Shown: piece after piece, positions 50,505-60,181 of the stretch
How positions within the stretch are numbered: position 1 is the stretch's first letter
How the letters are laid out: each line of letters begins with the position of its first letter
Assembly: GCA_963769935.1 (NCBI GenBank)
Contig: CAVYNY010000022.1
Span: 640,001 to 704,000, forward strand
DNA length: 64,000 bases
From: an uncultured delta proteobacterium
GTDB taxonomy: Bacteria > Desulfobacterota > Desulfobacteria > Desulfobacterales > JAFDCJ01
Direction: 5' to 3'
Made by a program: the position numbers and the translations under genes
The notes under the pieces: model-generated
Databases searched by the model: none
The model's input: only the letters and a program-made list of their open reading frames with translations
What the model was told of the DNA's origin: nothing

Positions 50505-52821
50505 TCCGTGATTTCCCTTTGCCATTTTCAGCGGCTGGTGCTCGTTTTTCGATATATTCGACCCGATGATGATGAATGCCGTTTAATAACTTGTTAAAAC
50601 TCCTGGCAATTTTGTGCAGGTCTTTCAGGGTTAATTCGCACTCGTCCAGCTGACCATCTGAAAAAATGTTGTTGATGAGGTTTTGGACCAGGCCTTGGAT
50701 CCTGGAGGGTGTCGGGTTCTCAAGGGTTCGCGAGGCCGCTTCAACGACATCGGCCAACATGACCAGTCCGGCTTCCCGGGTTTGCGGCTTGGGGCCCGGG
50801 TATCGGTAGTCATCAATGTTGACGGTATCTTCTCCCTTGATCTGTTTGGCCTTTTCAAAAAAATATTTGATAAGACTGGTGCCATGGTGCTGCCGGATGG
50901 TATCGATGATGACCTGACCCAGTTTGTTTTCTCTGGCAACTTCCACCCCGTCTTTAACATGGGCAATCAGGATCAGGCTGGACATGGATGGAGCCAATTT
51001 ATCATGCTTGTTTTTGCCGGGTTCTTGATTCTCGATAAAATAAAGGGGTTTTCTAATTTTGCCGACATCATGATAATATCCGCATACTTTGGCCAGCAAA
51101 TGGTTGGCTCCAATTTCGGATGCCGCAGCTTCCACCAGCGATCCGACGATCACCGAATGATGGTAGGTTCCCGCCGCTTCGAACATGAGCCTTCTCAGGA
51201 TCGGCCGCTCCAGGTTTGCCAGCTCAAGCAGTGAAATATCCGTCGTGTAGCCGAAAGCGATTTCAACCAGCGGCGCAAGGCCGGCGGTAACAATTCCGGC
51301 GCCCATTCCTCCCATAAAAGCAAACGTCCAATCCCATAAAAGCTTGGTGCCGGACAAATCCGCCAGGTAGAAACTAATGGCGGTGACCTGCAGAATATTG
51401 AGCAATCCAAGCTTGGCGCCGGCAATTATAAAGACCTTGCGCTCCTGGCAGTGTCGGATCCAATAGGCTGCCATGGTGCCGTTTATCAGATAGTAAATAA
51501 AAACAGTCAGGCTGTTTTCGAATATCAACGCAAAAGCGACCGCCATGATCGATGCCAGCGGCACGGCGACCCTCAACCCCATGAACAGACAGATAATCAT
51601 AGCACCGGACGCCAAGGGTATCCCATACCACAGTGAAGACATCTGAATGGGGATGGTCGCGTTGAGCGTCAGCACTTCGGATAATTTAAAACAGATTTCG
51701 GCCAGCAGGAAGAAGGTTAAAAACACACTTGCGATGAAAAGCAGACTTTTATTATGGGCTGCCGACAGCCGCCCCGCAGGGTTTAAATGAAGAACATAAG
51801 TGGTTGTCAACAGCAGCATCAGCATCAGCGCGGCACCAATGCTGGTTAAAAAAACCTGCTCTTTTTTGGTCTGGGTCTCCAGCGTTGCCAGTTTCAACAG
51901 CTGGACTTCCGTGACCCGCTCGCCTTCGCGCAAAAGCATCTCCCCGGCTTTTATTTTATGAAGTACCGGTTTAATGTCCGCCACGGCCTTTTCTTTGCGT
52001 TCCTCAGTTTCGCTGCGGTTTAAAGTGATATTGGGCTGAATGAGTCGCTGAACAAAATCCACCACCAGATTCAACAATCCATAGTCCAAATCTTTCAGCT
52101 GCGGCTGGCCGACAATTCGAACCATGGTTTTAGCCTGGTCGAGTCCGTAAATTTTTTTTAACTGGTGCAGCTCTTTTTCTTCTTTGGTGCCCACGTCCCG
52201 CAGACGAATGCCCTTTTCAGATTCTTTGAGCAGGATCTCCTTGTTGGTAACGACGCCATTGTCTAATATCGACGTTAATATCTGGTTTATGATGTCTGCA
52301 ATTTCCTTTGAAAAGCCGATATTTTCAAGCGCAGCAAAGGCGCCCGCGCTTACCCGAATGCCCAGCTCTTCTTCAAGGTATTGGCGTCCGTCGCCGATGG
52401 AATTTTGCGGCGGGGTTTTGCTCACCGCCGACGCCTGGTCGGAAGCTTCAGCAACTGGCGGCGGCTGATCGGATGCGTCTAGCGGCGCGGCAACGGTCCT
52501 CAATTTAGTAAAGACCTCGCCAACCTTGCGGGTCAATCTCTCGGCAAGCCCCGCGTCATAATCATAAACTGTGATCACGTTTTCGGCGGCCTTCTGCCGG
52601 TTTAACTCAGTAGCCGCCTTATCTTCGATAAAAAAATCCCTGGGAGATTTGATATCCCTTTCCGCAACATCTCCCAGCTTATATTGGTGTTTGGTGATCA
52701 CCAGGCTTGGAAACAGGATCATCGAGAAAAGAATCGTCACGCAACCCAGAATTCCCCAGCGCATGCGTCGGTCGTAATCGATATTCTTAGCGCCGGATTC
52801 TTTAGTTTTTTCTTTGCTCAT
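50404..52821 (-). CDS. 7TM-HD membrane phosphohydrolase (PgpH-like)
   Basis: Extracellular domain, about 7 TM helices, GTYHHS, YYHDVGK, HHGT, YPGPKPQ, LADVVEAA; sits between phoH and ybeY. Confidence 0.92.
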   Translation of the reverse strand: MSKEKTKESGAKNIDYDRRMRWGILGCVTILFSMILFPSLVITKHQYKLGDVAERDIKSPRDFFIEDKAATELNRQKAAENVITVYDYDAGLAERLTRKVGEVFTKLRTVAAPLDASDQPPPVAEASDQASAVSKTPPQNSIGDGRQYLEEELGIRVSAGAFAALENIGFSKEIADIINQILTSILDNGVVTNKEILLKESEKGIRLRDVGTKEEKELHQLKKIYGLDQAKTMVRIVGQPQLKDLDYGLLNLVVDFVQRLIQPNITLNRSETEERKEKAVADIKPVLHKIKAGEMLLREGERVTEVQLLKLATLETQTKKEQVFLTSIGAALMLMLLLTTTYVLHLNPAGRLSAAHNKSLLFIASVFLTFFLLAEICFKLSEVLTLNATIPIQMSSLWYGIPLASGAMIICLFMGLRVAVPLASIMAVAFALIFENSLTVFIYYLINGTMAAYWIRHCQERKVFIIAGAKLGLLNILQVTAISFYLADLSGTKLLWDWTFAFMGGMGAGIVTAGLAPLVEIAFGYTTDISLLELANLERPILRRLMFEAAGTYHHSVIVGSLVEAAASEIGANHLLAKVCGYYHDVGKIRKPLYFIENQEPGKNKHDKLAPSMSSLILIAHVKDGVEVARENKLGQVIIDTIRQHHGTSLIKYFFEKAKQIKGEDTVNIDDYRYPGPKPQTREAGLVMLADVVEAASRTLENPTPSRIQGLVQNLINNIFSDGQLDECELTLKDLHKIARSFNKLLNGIHHHRVEYIEKRAPAAENGKGKSRNASPDRQQAKQVQNLAEEDKANGSGHLKRLGLS

Positions 52822-52992
52822 ATTTAAAATAGTTCGGAAAAATGCCCGAATGATAACCGAACGTCTCAGTAATTATCCATTTGTTCCCGCATTCCATCAA
52901 TTCAACTGCGGACCGCGATCTCAATTTGCCGACGGTAAAAAATATAACATCGTATCGGTTGGATACATATCTATCCGGGACATCAGCGCTTT

Positions 52993-54000
52993 TCAGGTTA
53001 AACGGTCATTGGCCAGCTTCCGTTTCTGCTTTTCGTCTTCAAGTTCTTCGTAAGCGCGGATAATTTCCTGGACCAGTTTATGCCTGACAACATCCTTTTT
53101 TGAGAAAAATACGAATTCAATTCCATCGATATCCTGTAAAATATTCTTGGATTCGATCAGGCCGGAAGTTCTATTCGACGGCAGATCAATCTGGGTGATA
53201 TCGCCGGTAATAACCGCTTTTGAATTGAACCCGATCCGGGTTAAGAACATTTTCATCTGTTCCGAGGTGGTGTTTTGGGCTTCATCCAGGATGATAAAGG
53301 AATCATTTAAAGTGCGTCCTCGCATAAAGGCAATGGGGGCGACTTCAATAACTCCTTTTTGCATGAGGGCGGCCGTTTTTTCGAACCGCATCATGTCGTG
53401 AAGCGCATCATACAGCGGTCTTAGATATGGGTCGACCTTTTCAGCCAAGTCTCCCGGCAAAAATCCGAGGGCTTCCCCCGCTTCAACGGCCGGACGGGTT
53501 AAAATGATCCGGCTGACGATTCCCTTCGACAAGGCGGAGACCGCCATTGCCATTGCCAGATAAGTTTTGCCGGTTCCTGCCGGTCCGATGCCGAACACGA
53601 TATCATATTTGCGGATAGCATCAATATATTCTTTCTGGGCCAGGCTTTTGGGGGTAATCGCACTCTTTTTCGCAGTGATGAATACCCGATCCAGAAAAAT
53701 AGTCTTCAAATCAATGTGATCGTCGGCGCTTAAGACGTTGATTGCAAAGTCGATATCATTGGGGTGGATGGGATAGCCTTCCTTCAGAAGACTGTAGAGC
53801 TGTTGGAGCACCTTAGCCGCCAGTTCGGCCGCGATTTCGTCCCCGGTAATAAAGACGGTGTTCCCCCTTGCATTAATGGTGACGCCGATGGACTTGGCAA
53901 CCTTTTGCAGATTGGTGTTGCGTTCTCCGAAAAGCTGTCGGGTCAAATCAATATTGGCGAATTCCAGATTGGTTTGTTTGTTTGGGAGTTTCTCTGCCAT
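52993..54000 (-). CDS. phoH: PhoH family ATPase
   Basis: GPAGTGKTY, RPAVEAGE.LGFLPGD, MRGRT, DEAQN, GDITQID, VVRH. Confidence 0.95.
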   Translation of the reverse strand: MAEKLPNKQTNLEFANIDLTRQLFGERNTNLQKVAKSIGVTINARGNTVFITGDEIAAELAAKVLQQLYSLLKEGYPIHPNDIDFAINVLSADDHIDLKTIFLDRVFITAKKSAITPKSLAQKEYIDAIRKYDIVFGIGPAGTGKTYLAMAMAVSALSKGIVSRIILTRPAVEAGEALGFLPGDLAEKVDPYLRPLYDALHDMMRFEKTAALMQKGVIEVAPIAFMRGRTLNDSFIILDEAQNTTSEQMKMFLTRIGFNSKAVITGDITQIDLPSNRTSGLIESKNILQDIDGIEFVFFSKKDVVRHKLVQEIIRAYEELEDEKQKRKLANDRLT

Positions 54001-54242
54001 TATGTTTTATCCAAACGCGGTATCGCTATTTTTCAGGGCGGCGTAATTAGCATGTCGTTCCAAAACTTTTCTTTTATCATATTCTTGGAAGCGATTGCAA
54101 ACGCCAATTTCCATACGCCTTGAAAAAGAAAAATACCTTGACGTTCTATATACGCTTTTGTTACTTGACCCGATTAACCAAAATCGATATCGTTTCATTT
54201 CGTAAAATAAGATGGGCGGCATGAATTTGCCAGTGATTTTAT

Positions 54243-54770
54243 ATGAATCCGTTTGATATTTTAATCGTGGTCATATTGGGCTACAGCCTGGTAAGAGGCC
54301 TTTTCAGGGGACTGGTCAAGGAGATATCCTCTATCATCGGGGTCTTTGGCGGGTTTTATGCAGCCTATACCTATTATGCGGTTCTCGCCAAGGTTCTCGC
54401 CGGATTGATTCATGACGTTTCATACCTTAATATATTGAGTTTTCTGATCGTTTTTTGCTGTGTTCTGATCATTGTCAGTGTTTTAGGAATTATTATCAAA
54501 TACTTGCTGAACATTGCCTTTTTAGGCTGGGTCGACCGGATCAGCGGTCTGGTCTTCGGCGGCATTAAAGCCATTCTAATCGTCTCCGTTCTTTTCATTT
54601 CGCTGACTGCATTTCTCCCCAAAGGATCTTCTTTTATCAAGGACTCCGTTCTGGCTCCCCATGTCGCCTGGGTTTCAGAAAAAATGGCAAAAGTGGTCTC
54701 CAAACAAATGAAAGAGGAGTTTATGATCAAACTGGGGGGGCTCAAAAAATCATGGAAAATATCAAATTAA
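54243..54770 (+). CDS. cvpA: CvpA family protein
   Basis: D..I...RG..RGLVKE, four TM segments, DRISGLVFG. Confidence 0.9.
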   Translation: MNPFDILIVVILGYSLVRGLFRGLVKEISSIIGVFGGFYAAYTYYAVLAKVLAGLIHDVSYLNILSFLIVFCCVLIIVSVLGIIIKYLLNIAFLGWVDRISGLVFGGIKAILIVSVLFISLTAFLPKGSSFIKDSVLAPHVAWVSEKMAKVVSKQMKEEFMIKLGGLKKSWKISN

Positions 54771-55555
54771 AACAAGTCCATACGGAATTAGAAGCACTAT
54801 TGCAATTGGTCGAAACCTTGCGGGGTAAAAATGGCTGTCCGTGGGATAAAAAGCAAACACCGGAAACCGTCAGTATTTACCTGATGGAGGAAGTCTTCGA
54901 GCTGGCTGAAGCGATTGAAACAGCCGACCCCGATCAAATCCGTGATGAACTGGGAGACGTTCTATTTCACATCGTTTTTATCGCCCGGATGTTTCAGGAG
55001 CGCGCCGAATTCGACCTGGCGGCAGTTGCTCAAACGATTACCCGCAAGATGATTCGTCGCCACCCCCATGTTTTTGGCGAAACAAAGATCAGCAGCAGCG
55101 AAGAGGTCATTCAAAACTGGCACAAAATCAAACTTGAGGAAAAAAAGCCGGAGGCCGGACAATCGCTTCTTGATTCAGTACCCGCAAAACTCCCGGCCTT
55201 ATTGCGTGCTTACCGCATCTCCGACCGGGTTGCCAGAGCCGCGTTTGACGACACGGATATTGACAGTAATCTGAACAAGGCCCAAAACGCTTTGGATAGT
55301 CTAAAAGCAGGATTGCGATGTCAGGATAAAAACGTTGCCGCAGAGCAAGTTGGCGACTTGCTGTTTGCCGTGGTAAACCTTGCCCGCATTGGTAAAATCC
55401 ATCCGGAAACGGCCTTGGCCGGATCCGTAAAGCGGTTTGAGCAACGATTTAAGAAGATGGAAGAGGTGGTGTCTGAAAGCAAGCGGGAGTTTGCAGAGGT
55501 CAGTGTTGACGAAAAAAAACTGATCTGGCAGAAATTACAAAAGAACGTCTTATAA
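54752..55555 (+). CDS. mazG: Nucleoside triphosphate pyrophosphohydrolase
   Basis: LRGKNGCPWDKKQT, EEVFE, ELGDVLF, RRHPHVF; second MazG domain degenerate. Confidence 0.93.
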   Translation: MENIKLKQVHTELEALLQLVETLRGKNGCPWDKKQTPETVSIYLMEEVFELAEAIETADPDQIRDELGDVLFHIVFIARMFQERAEFDLAAVAQTITRKMIRRHPHVFGETKISSSEEVIQNWHKIKLEEKKPEAGQSLLDSVPAKLPALLRAYRISDRVARAAFDDTDIDSNLNKAQNALDSLKAGLRCQDKNVAAEQVGDLLFAVVNLARIGKIHPETALAGSVKRFEQRFKKMEEVVSESKREFAEVSVDEKKLIWQKLQKNVL

Positions 55556-55556
55556 G

Positions 55557-55673
55557 CCGGTTCTGCGATCGAACAGAGTCGGCCGGCAAAAAGCCATTCG
55601 ATGGCCGGCAGCGGGTGAGGTCCCCGGCAGCCGCTGAAGGATATGCTTTCGAGAGCACCCACGCAGTAACCGG
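55557..55673 (+). ncRNA. Structured ncRNA candidate, skipping-rope motif-like by recall
   Basis: Closing stem CCGGTT-CTGCG/CGCAG-t-AACCGG; inner stems GCCGGC/GCCGGC, AGCGG/CCGCT, TGCT/AGCA; GGGTG complementary to CACCC. Confidence 0.6.
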
Positions 55674-55725
55674 ACGAGTTTTCAGAAACCAGTCGCCTGT
55701 GCTCTCAACTTGGGCGTTTGACTCC

Positions 55726-55744
55726 GGCTTTGTATCAAAGCCGT
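55726..55744. terminator. Hairpin between convergent units, possible terminator
   Basis: CGGCTTTG-tat-CAAAGCCG. Confidence 0.35.
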
Positions 55745-55830
55745 CGGATTAAAACTGAAAGCCCCCTTTGGCAACGATGTCATCCGACATCCGTTGCCGC
55801 CCTTCTGTCGGCGAAGGAGGGGACTTTCAT

Positions 55831-56124
55831 TTAAACCGTTTCGCCAAAGGGAAGATACCCCGGCGGAATTTTTTTGATCAATTTACCATCCTCGGTGTAC
55901 TTTTCGACGATCAGTTGGCCGTTTTCCAGGCTATTGCGCGACTTAAGGTTTTCGTCGGTCTGCAAATTCATCTCAGGCTTCTGACCATCATTGCTTTTTT
56001 CGATCGGCCGCTGGGCTTTGATCTTATCGGTTTTCCGGACTTCCAGATCTTTATTATAGGTTTCTGCGTAATAGCTCGTGCGCACAAATTGCTGCATCGT
56101 GGCTTCACCAATTGCGTTAATCAT
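55831..56124 (-). CDS. Hypothetical protein with FlaG-like C-terminus
   Basis: AGGAGG RBS; LIVEKYTEDGKLIKKIPP resembles the FlaG 'GEVIRQIPP' motif. Confidence 0.6.
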   Translation of the reverse strand: MINAIGEATMQQFVRTSYYAETYNKDLEVRKTDKIKAQRPIEKSNDGQKPEMNLQTDENLKSRNSLENGQLIVEKYTEDGKLIKKIPPGYLPFGETV

Positions 56125-56190
56125 TTCGTCCTCCTTTTACTCGACGCTCATCCGTTATCCGCATCCACTGGTCGAAACTTCCCCCGATAG

Positions 56191-56616
56191 TCAGACCCAC
56201 GATCCCGTTTTTTTGTTGCCAGACTCTTTGGCCAACTGCTCAAGCTTTTGAATCAAAAAGCCGGAATCTTCAACAGAAAGCGTATTTGTAATTTTCTGGT
56301 TTATAGAATCAATGGCATTAAACACGAACGTTGTTTCTTGCTTTTCATCCGCCGGAGAATTATTAGGCGGAATCATTTCATTTTCTGCGGTGATTCTTTG
56401 GCGAGTTTCGGCCAGCGAACCGAATCTCGTAATTTTGCTTAAAATGTCCTTTGATACTTTTTCAATCGTTGCCTGTCGTTTTTCCTCTGGGGTCAAATTT
56501 ACCCGATCCGTCAGCATCCTTGCGGCCGGATTATTGTTACCTGAGGATACATTTTGTTTAAGCTGCTTGCTGTAGACATTTAAGACATTGTGCATTTGAT
56601 AGCTTGGAACATACAT
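56191..56616 (-). CDS. DVU0524-like FlgM-associated protein
   Basis: YQMHNVLNVYSKQL...DRVNLTPEEKRQATIEKV; AGGAGG RBS; family recalled from memory. Confidence 0.7.
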   Translation of the reverse strand: MYVPSYQMHNVLNVYSKQLKQNVSSGNNNPAARMLTDRVNLTPEEKRQATIEKVSKDILSKITRFGSLAETRQRITAENEMIPPNNSPADEKQETTFVFNAIDSINQKITNTLSVEDSGFLIQKLEQLAKESGNKKTGSWV

Positions 56617-56638
56617 GCCGCAATCCCTCCTGACCTGA

Positions 56639-56666
56639 TTATCGGCACCGTCTACCGCAGACTTTA
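56639..56666 (-). promoter_or_regulatory. Sigma28 (FliA/SigD)-type promoter
   Basis: TAAA-N16-GCCGATAA with a perfect -10 element, 22 nt before the ATG at 56616. Confidence 0.75.
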
Positions 56667-56948
56667 GAAAAATAATTGAAATGCTGAAAATGATTGGCGA
56701 TATATTGTGTTAACCATTTTAAATTATTGATAATGCCACTTGGAAGGAATGTGCGGAGGAACCGCTGTGAGATGGACGGAAGATTGAATAGAATACAGCA
56801 GCATGTCAGAGAATCCGGTCGCTGCGTTCAGGGTCATTAAAGTAGGGTCGAGTGCTGAGGACTGAGCGTCTCACTTTGGCTATCGCCGGAAATTGCCTAA
56901 ACTCGGTCCTCAGTCCTCGCTACTCGGTTCTGACTTGGAATCGGCCTC

Positions 56949-58244
56949 CTAGTCTTCGAAATTTCCTTGCGGCCCCTTATCATTCTGGATGGCTGCCGCC
57001 CGGGCCACGATCTTTTCAGGCGTCCATTCCGAAGGCTTTTCAATCCGTTCTGCTTTGGGGCCGGCATCATAGGATCCGGCGCTGAGAATGGCCGCCACGG
57101 CCAGGGGTGCAGTATTCTCGGCGCTGAATACATTTACCAGCATACCATAAATGAAATCTTCAACCCTTTTGACCATGCGTTCTCTGATTTCACGGTCCTG
57201 GCCGAGCAATTTATTTTCAAATGGTAAATTGAGTTTTTTATAATCACCGGCCTTCCATCCCTGCTTCTGAGCGTAGGCGGCCATCTCAGCCCACATCTGG
57301 GCGGTAACGCCTTGATCTTGGACTTTGATAAACTCTCCCTGGCCGTCAAGCTGAGCATTGCCGTAGTCATTGATTTCAAGACCCCATGAGATCATTTGCA
57401 GGGCCGTGGCGACATTGGCTTTTGTGGTTCTGGTTTTGGAAGCTATTTCACGCAGGCGGTCGGAATTGTTGCCGGACGTACCATGCTGAGCTCCGGAAAC
57501 TTTATATTTCTCGAGGGCGGCATGAATCCGAGCGGTCAGATCCACCTGGATGCCCTGGTCGCTGGCCTCGATTCCGTGAGTCGTGCCGTTGTTCAAGGCG
57601 ATCCAGTCCGGGAAGATGTCATGGGCATTCAATCCCTGGATGAGAAACAGGGCCTCTTCCACGGTTGACAGCCCTTCCTTGCCTTTGATTTCCCCGATTT
57701 CAGTTTCCAGGCCGGCCCATTCGGGTATAGACGGATTCAGCGCCAGATTAGCCAGCAGATTTTTATCATCCGGCATATGAGATGCGTCAATGGCGATGGA
57801 GGTTATACCGGCCTCAAACATCGAGGGAATTTCGATTTTGGCGGCTTCAACATCCTGGTCGCTTTTTAACCCGTAATGGTCGGCATGAATTGCAACCGGG
57901 ATGGTTATCCCCAATTCATTACAGGCGGCATCAACGATTCGGGCAATATTCCAGTAGTTCACCGCGCAATAGGCATTGGCTCCGCCTTCCGATTTGGCAA
58001 TTTCAATGATAAGGGCGGCATTGGCTCGCTGGGCCGCCTTTAATGCGCCGCGAATGACAAAACTGTTTCTGCCGTTGGCTGCAATAGCGATGGCGCCTCG
58101 TTTCGCGAGCATGGATCGGTCAATGAATTTTCCACTGACGATCAGAGCTCTGGAGTTTGGAAAGCATTTGACGATGTTCGGCGGCCGGCCGATTTGCAGG
58201 GCTTTTTCAAAATCTGCAGAATTACCCGTCTTGGTTTCTGCCAT
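56949..58244 (-). CDS. fba: Class II fructose-bisphosphate aldolase
   Basis: HADH, IDASH, ETEIGEI, NNGTTHG, QHGTSG, KANVAT; GGAGGT RBS before ATG 58244. Confidence 0.9.
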   Translation of the reverse strand: MAETKTGNSADFEKALQIGRPPNIVKCFPNSRALIVSGKFIDRSMLAKRGAIAIAANGRNSFVIRGALKAAQRANAALIIEIAKSEGGANAYCAVNYWNIARIVDAACNELGITIPVAIHADHYGLKSDQDVEAAKIEIPSMFEAGITSIAIDASHMPDDKNLLANLALNPSIPEWAGLETEIGEIKGKEGLSTVEEALFLIQGLNAHDIFPDWIALNNGTTHGIEASDQGIQVDLTARIHAALEKYKVSGAQHGTSGNNSDRLREIASKTRTTKANVATALQMISWGLEINDYGNAQLDGQGEFIKVQDQGVTAQMWAEMAAYAQKQGWKAGDYKKLNLPFENKLLGQDREIRERMVKRVEDFIYGMLVNVFSAENTAPLAVAAILSAGSYDAGPKAERIEKPSEWTPEKIVARAAAIQNDKGPQGNFED

Positions 58245-58541
58245 AACATAACCTCCTTCCTGTGGGGTTAACAGTTGCGGTATGTCGTTTTCATCATGAA
58301 AATAATCGTTAGAACGCACGTCTTCGATCAACTGGAGTATTTCCTGCTGGTGGGATTGCGGTGCGTACAATTTTCCCCAGCCGTTTTGCAGCTGGAATAA
58401 TCCGTTATAGGCCGTGTCGTGATACGATCGGAGGCGATAGGGAATCTGCCGTTGATCCAATATCGAGCTGATAAACTGAGCTTCGATGGCATTTTCCAAA
58501 ATGGCGACTTCAACCAGTTGTAGTCCAGATTCTTGCGGCAT
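58245..58541 (-). CDS. DUF2007-like putative signal-transducing protein, reading in frame into fba
   Basis: LENAIEAQFISSILDQRQIP..RSYHDTAYNGLFQ..GWG; no in-frame stop before the fba start. Confidence 0.65.
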
Positions 58542-58641
58542 TGCCGTGATCCTAAAAATTGGTCGATGGCTTGACCCGCTGAAGGGCATCCCAAAGCCGC
58601 GTATCTCGCGGCAGGGCATCAATTAAGTTTAATATGAAAAC

Positions 58642-58902
58642 CTAAGCATAAATATCGATAAGTAAACCAACCTGATTTAATTTTGGTGTGTTAAGGCGCC
58701 GGTCGGAACTATACTCAGGTTCATGAAGGTCTGGCGGGGTTAGGCTACCGGAGAAATCTTTCAGGCCCAGCAGGTTGTATCGCATTAATCTACGGTCCGC
58801 GAAAACAGGAACGGCATCCGAAATACCCGCTGTTTGGGGCATAACCTGGTGTTGATCCGGATAATAAGGAATGAGCTGGTTGTTGTTTGAAGGAATATCC
58901 AT
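58642..58902 (-). CDS. Hypothetical protein
   Basis: 86-aa ORF ending GLLIDIYA. Confidence 0.55.
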   Translation of the reverse strand: MDIPSNNNQLIPYYPDQHQVMPQTAGISDAVPVFADRRLMRYNLLGLKDFSGSLTPPDLHEPEYSSDRRLNTPKLNQVGLLIDIYA

Positions 58903-59115
58903 CTGGAAACTTATTACCTTAACCAGGATTTTTTACTTTAAAGAGTATGGAGTGTTGCCGACCGTCCGGCAAAGAATATAGAGGAGAATTGGCAGATATG
59001 TCAAGTATAAAGCGTTATTTGAGTCCCACGGAGCAAATCCATAAATGATGGATTAAACCTCCGGCTTATAAAAAACTACCGAGGACGCATTGCCGCCGGG
59101 GGAACTATCAGTCCT

Positions 59116-59796
59116 TTATTCTACGTTTTTATCCTTTTTATGCTGTACTTCGGCGTTTCGCTGAGTCACAAGATCATTATAGGCTTCAACCTGTTCTTTG
59201 TATTGTTTCCCCTTTTGCACATAGGCCTCAGCTCGTTTATTCAGTTCCTCCACTTTGGCATTGTATTTTAAAATATCATCGCGATTAGTTAAAGACTCCT
59301 TCTCTTTGGCAAGCGTTTTCTTTTCGTTGAGGATCTCGCGATATTCATTGTCAATTTCTTTTTTCATGGTTTCCAGCCGCGCGCGGTTCGCATCCAGGTC
59401 GTCCGCATCCTTGGGGATGTCCGCTGCAACCTGGGACTCTTCCTCTCCCTCTTCCTTTACCTCAGTCTTCTCGTCGCTGGTATCCGTTTCTACCGGCTCA
59501 TCCTTGTAGCTGCTCTCCAGCTCCGGGTCCGTTTCTTCCCCCTGCACCGATCCGGCTGCCTGCTCCGATTCGGCAGCCTGCTCGGGTTCCGCCTGGACAT
59601 TGCCTTGCTTGGCGTCTACGTCACTTTCATACTCCTGGCTGGCTTCCATAGCCTCTCTTTGATCCGGGGGAACCTGGTTTAAATCATCTGTGAAATGATA
59701 GTTGCCCTCTTCATCGACGTACTTGTAAATTTCGGCCTGAACATGGAAGGCCAAGAGGCAAATTGCCAAGACAACTAAACATCTTATTAATTTCAA
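59116..59796 (-). CDS. DUF4124 exported protein with acidic linker and coiled coil
   Basis: GGAGGA RBS with TTG start; signal peptide, then AEIYKYVDEEGNYHFTD..P. Confidence 0.8.
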   Translation of the reverse strand: MKLIRCLVVLAICLLAFHVQAEIYKYVDEEGNYHFTDDLNQVPPDQREAMEASQEYESDVDAKQGNVQAEPEQAAESEQAAGSVQGEETDPELESSYKDEPVETDTSDEKTEVKEEGEEESQVAADIPKDADDLDANRARLETMKKEIDNEYREILNEKKTLAKEKESLTNRDDILKYNAKVEELNKRAEAYVQKGKQYKEQVEAYNDLVTQRNAEVQHKKDKNVE

Positions 59797-60181
59797 GGGA
59801 TTGTCCTCCATCTTGTCTATGATTGGGTTTTCTTCATGCGACAGCCTGTGATCGCTATGATGAGAATCCAAACTCATTTATTGGCGCAACAAGGTTAATG
59901 TTGCCCGCCTTAAATATCTATCATAAGTCCATCCTCATAGCAAATGTGTCAAAACAGGTGCCTGCCCAACTCAATATTTAATATCGTCCGCTAATATGAA
60001 AAGTTTAATAAATATTTTCTCTGCCATCTGCAATAGTTACTTGACAGGAGATCCCCTAAATATTCTATATTCGGCGGAACGAATTTGGGAATTATTTTTC
60101 GGCAAGTTTATTCTAACATTGAAAACCTGGTCCTGTCGACCAGGATTCTTTATTGAATCGACCGTTTATGGGGGAGTTGCC

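Noticed and set aside
55557..55673. tRNA-Sec or 6S RNA identity for the ncRNA candidate
   Set aside because: It lacks a TTCRA T-loop, a TCA anticodon loop and a CCA end, and it is too short and branched for the 6S rod.
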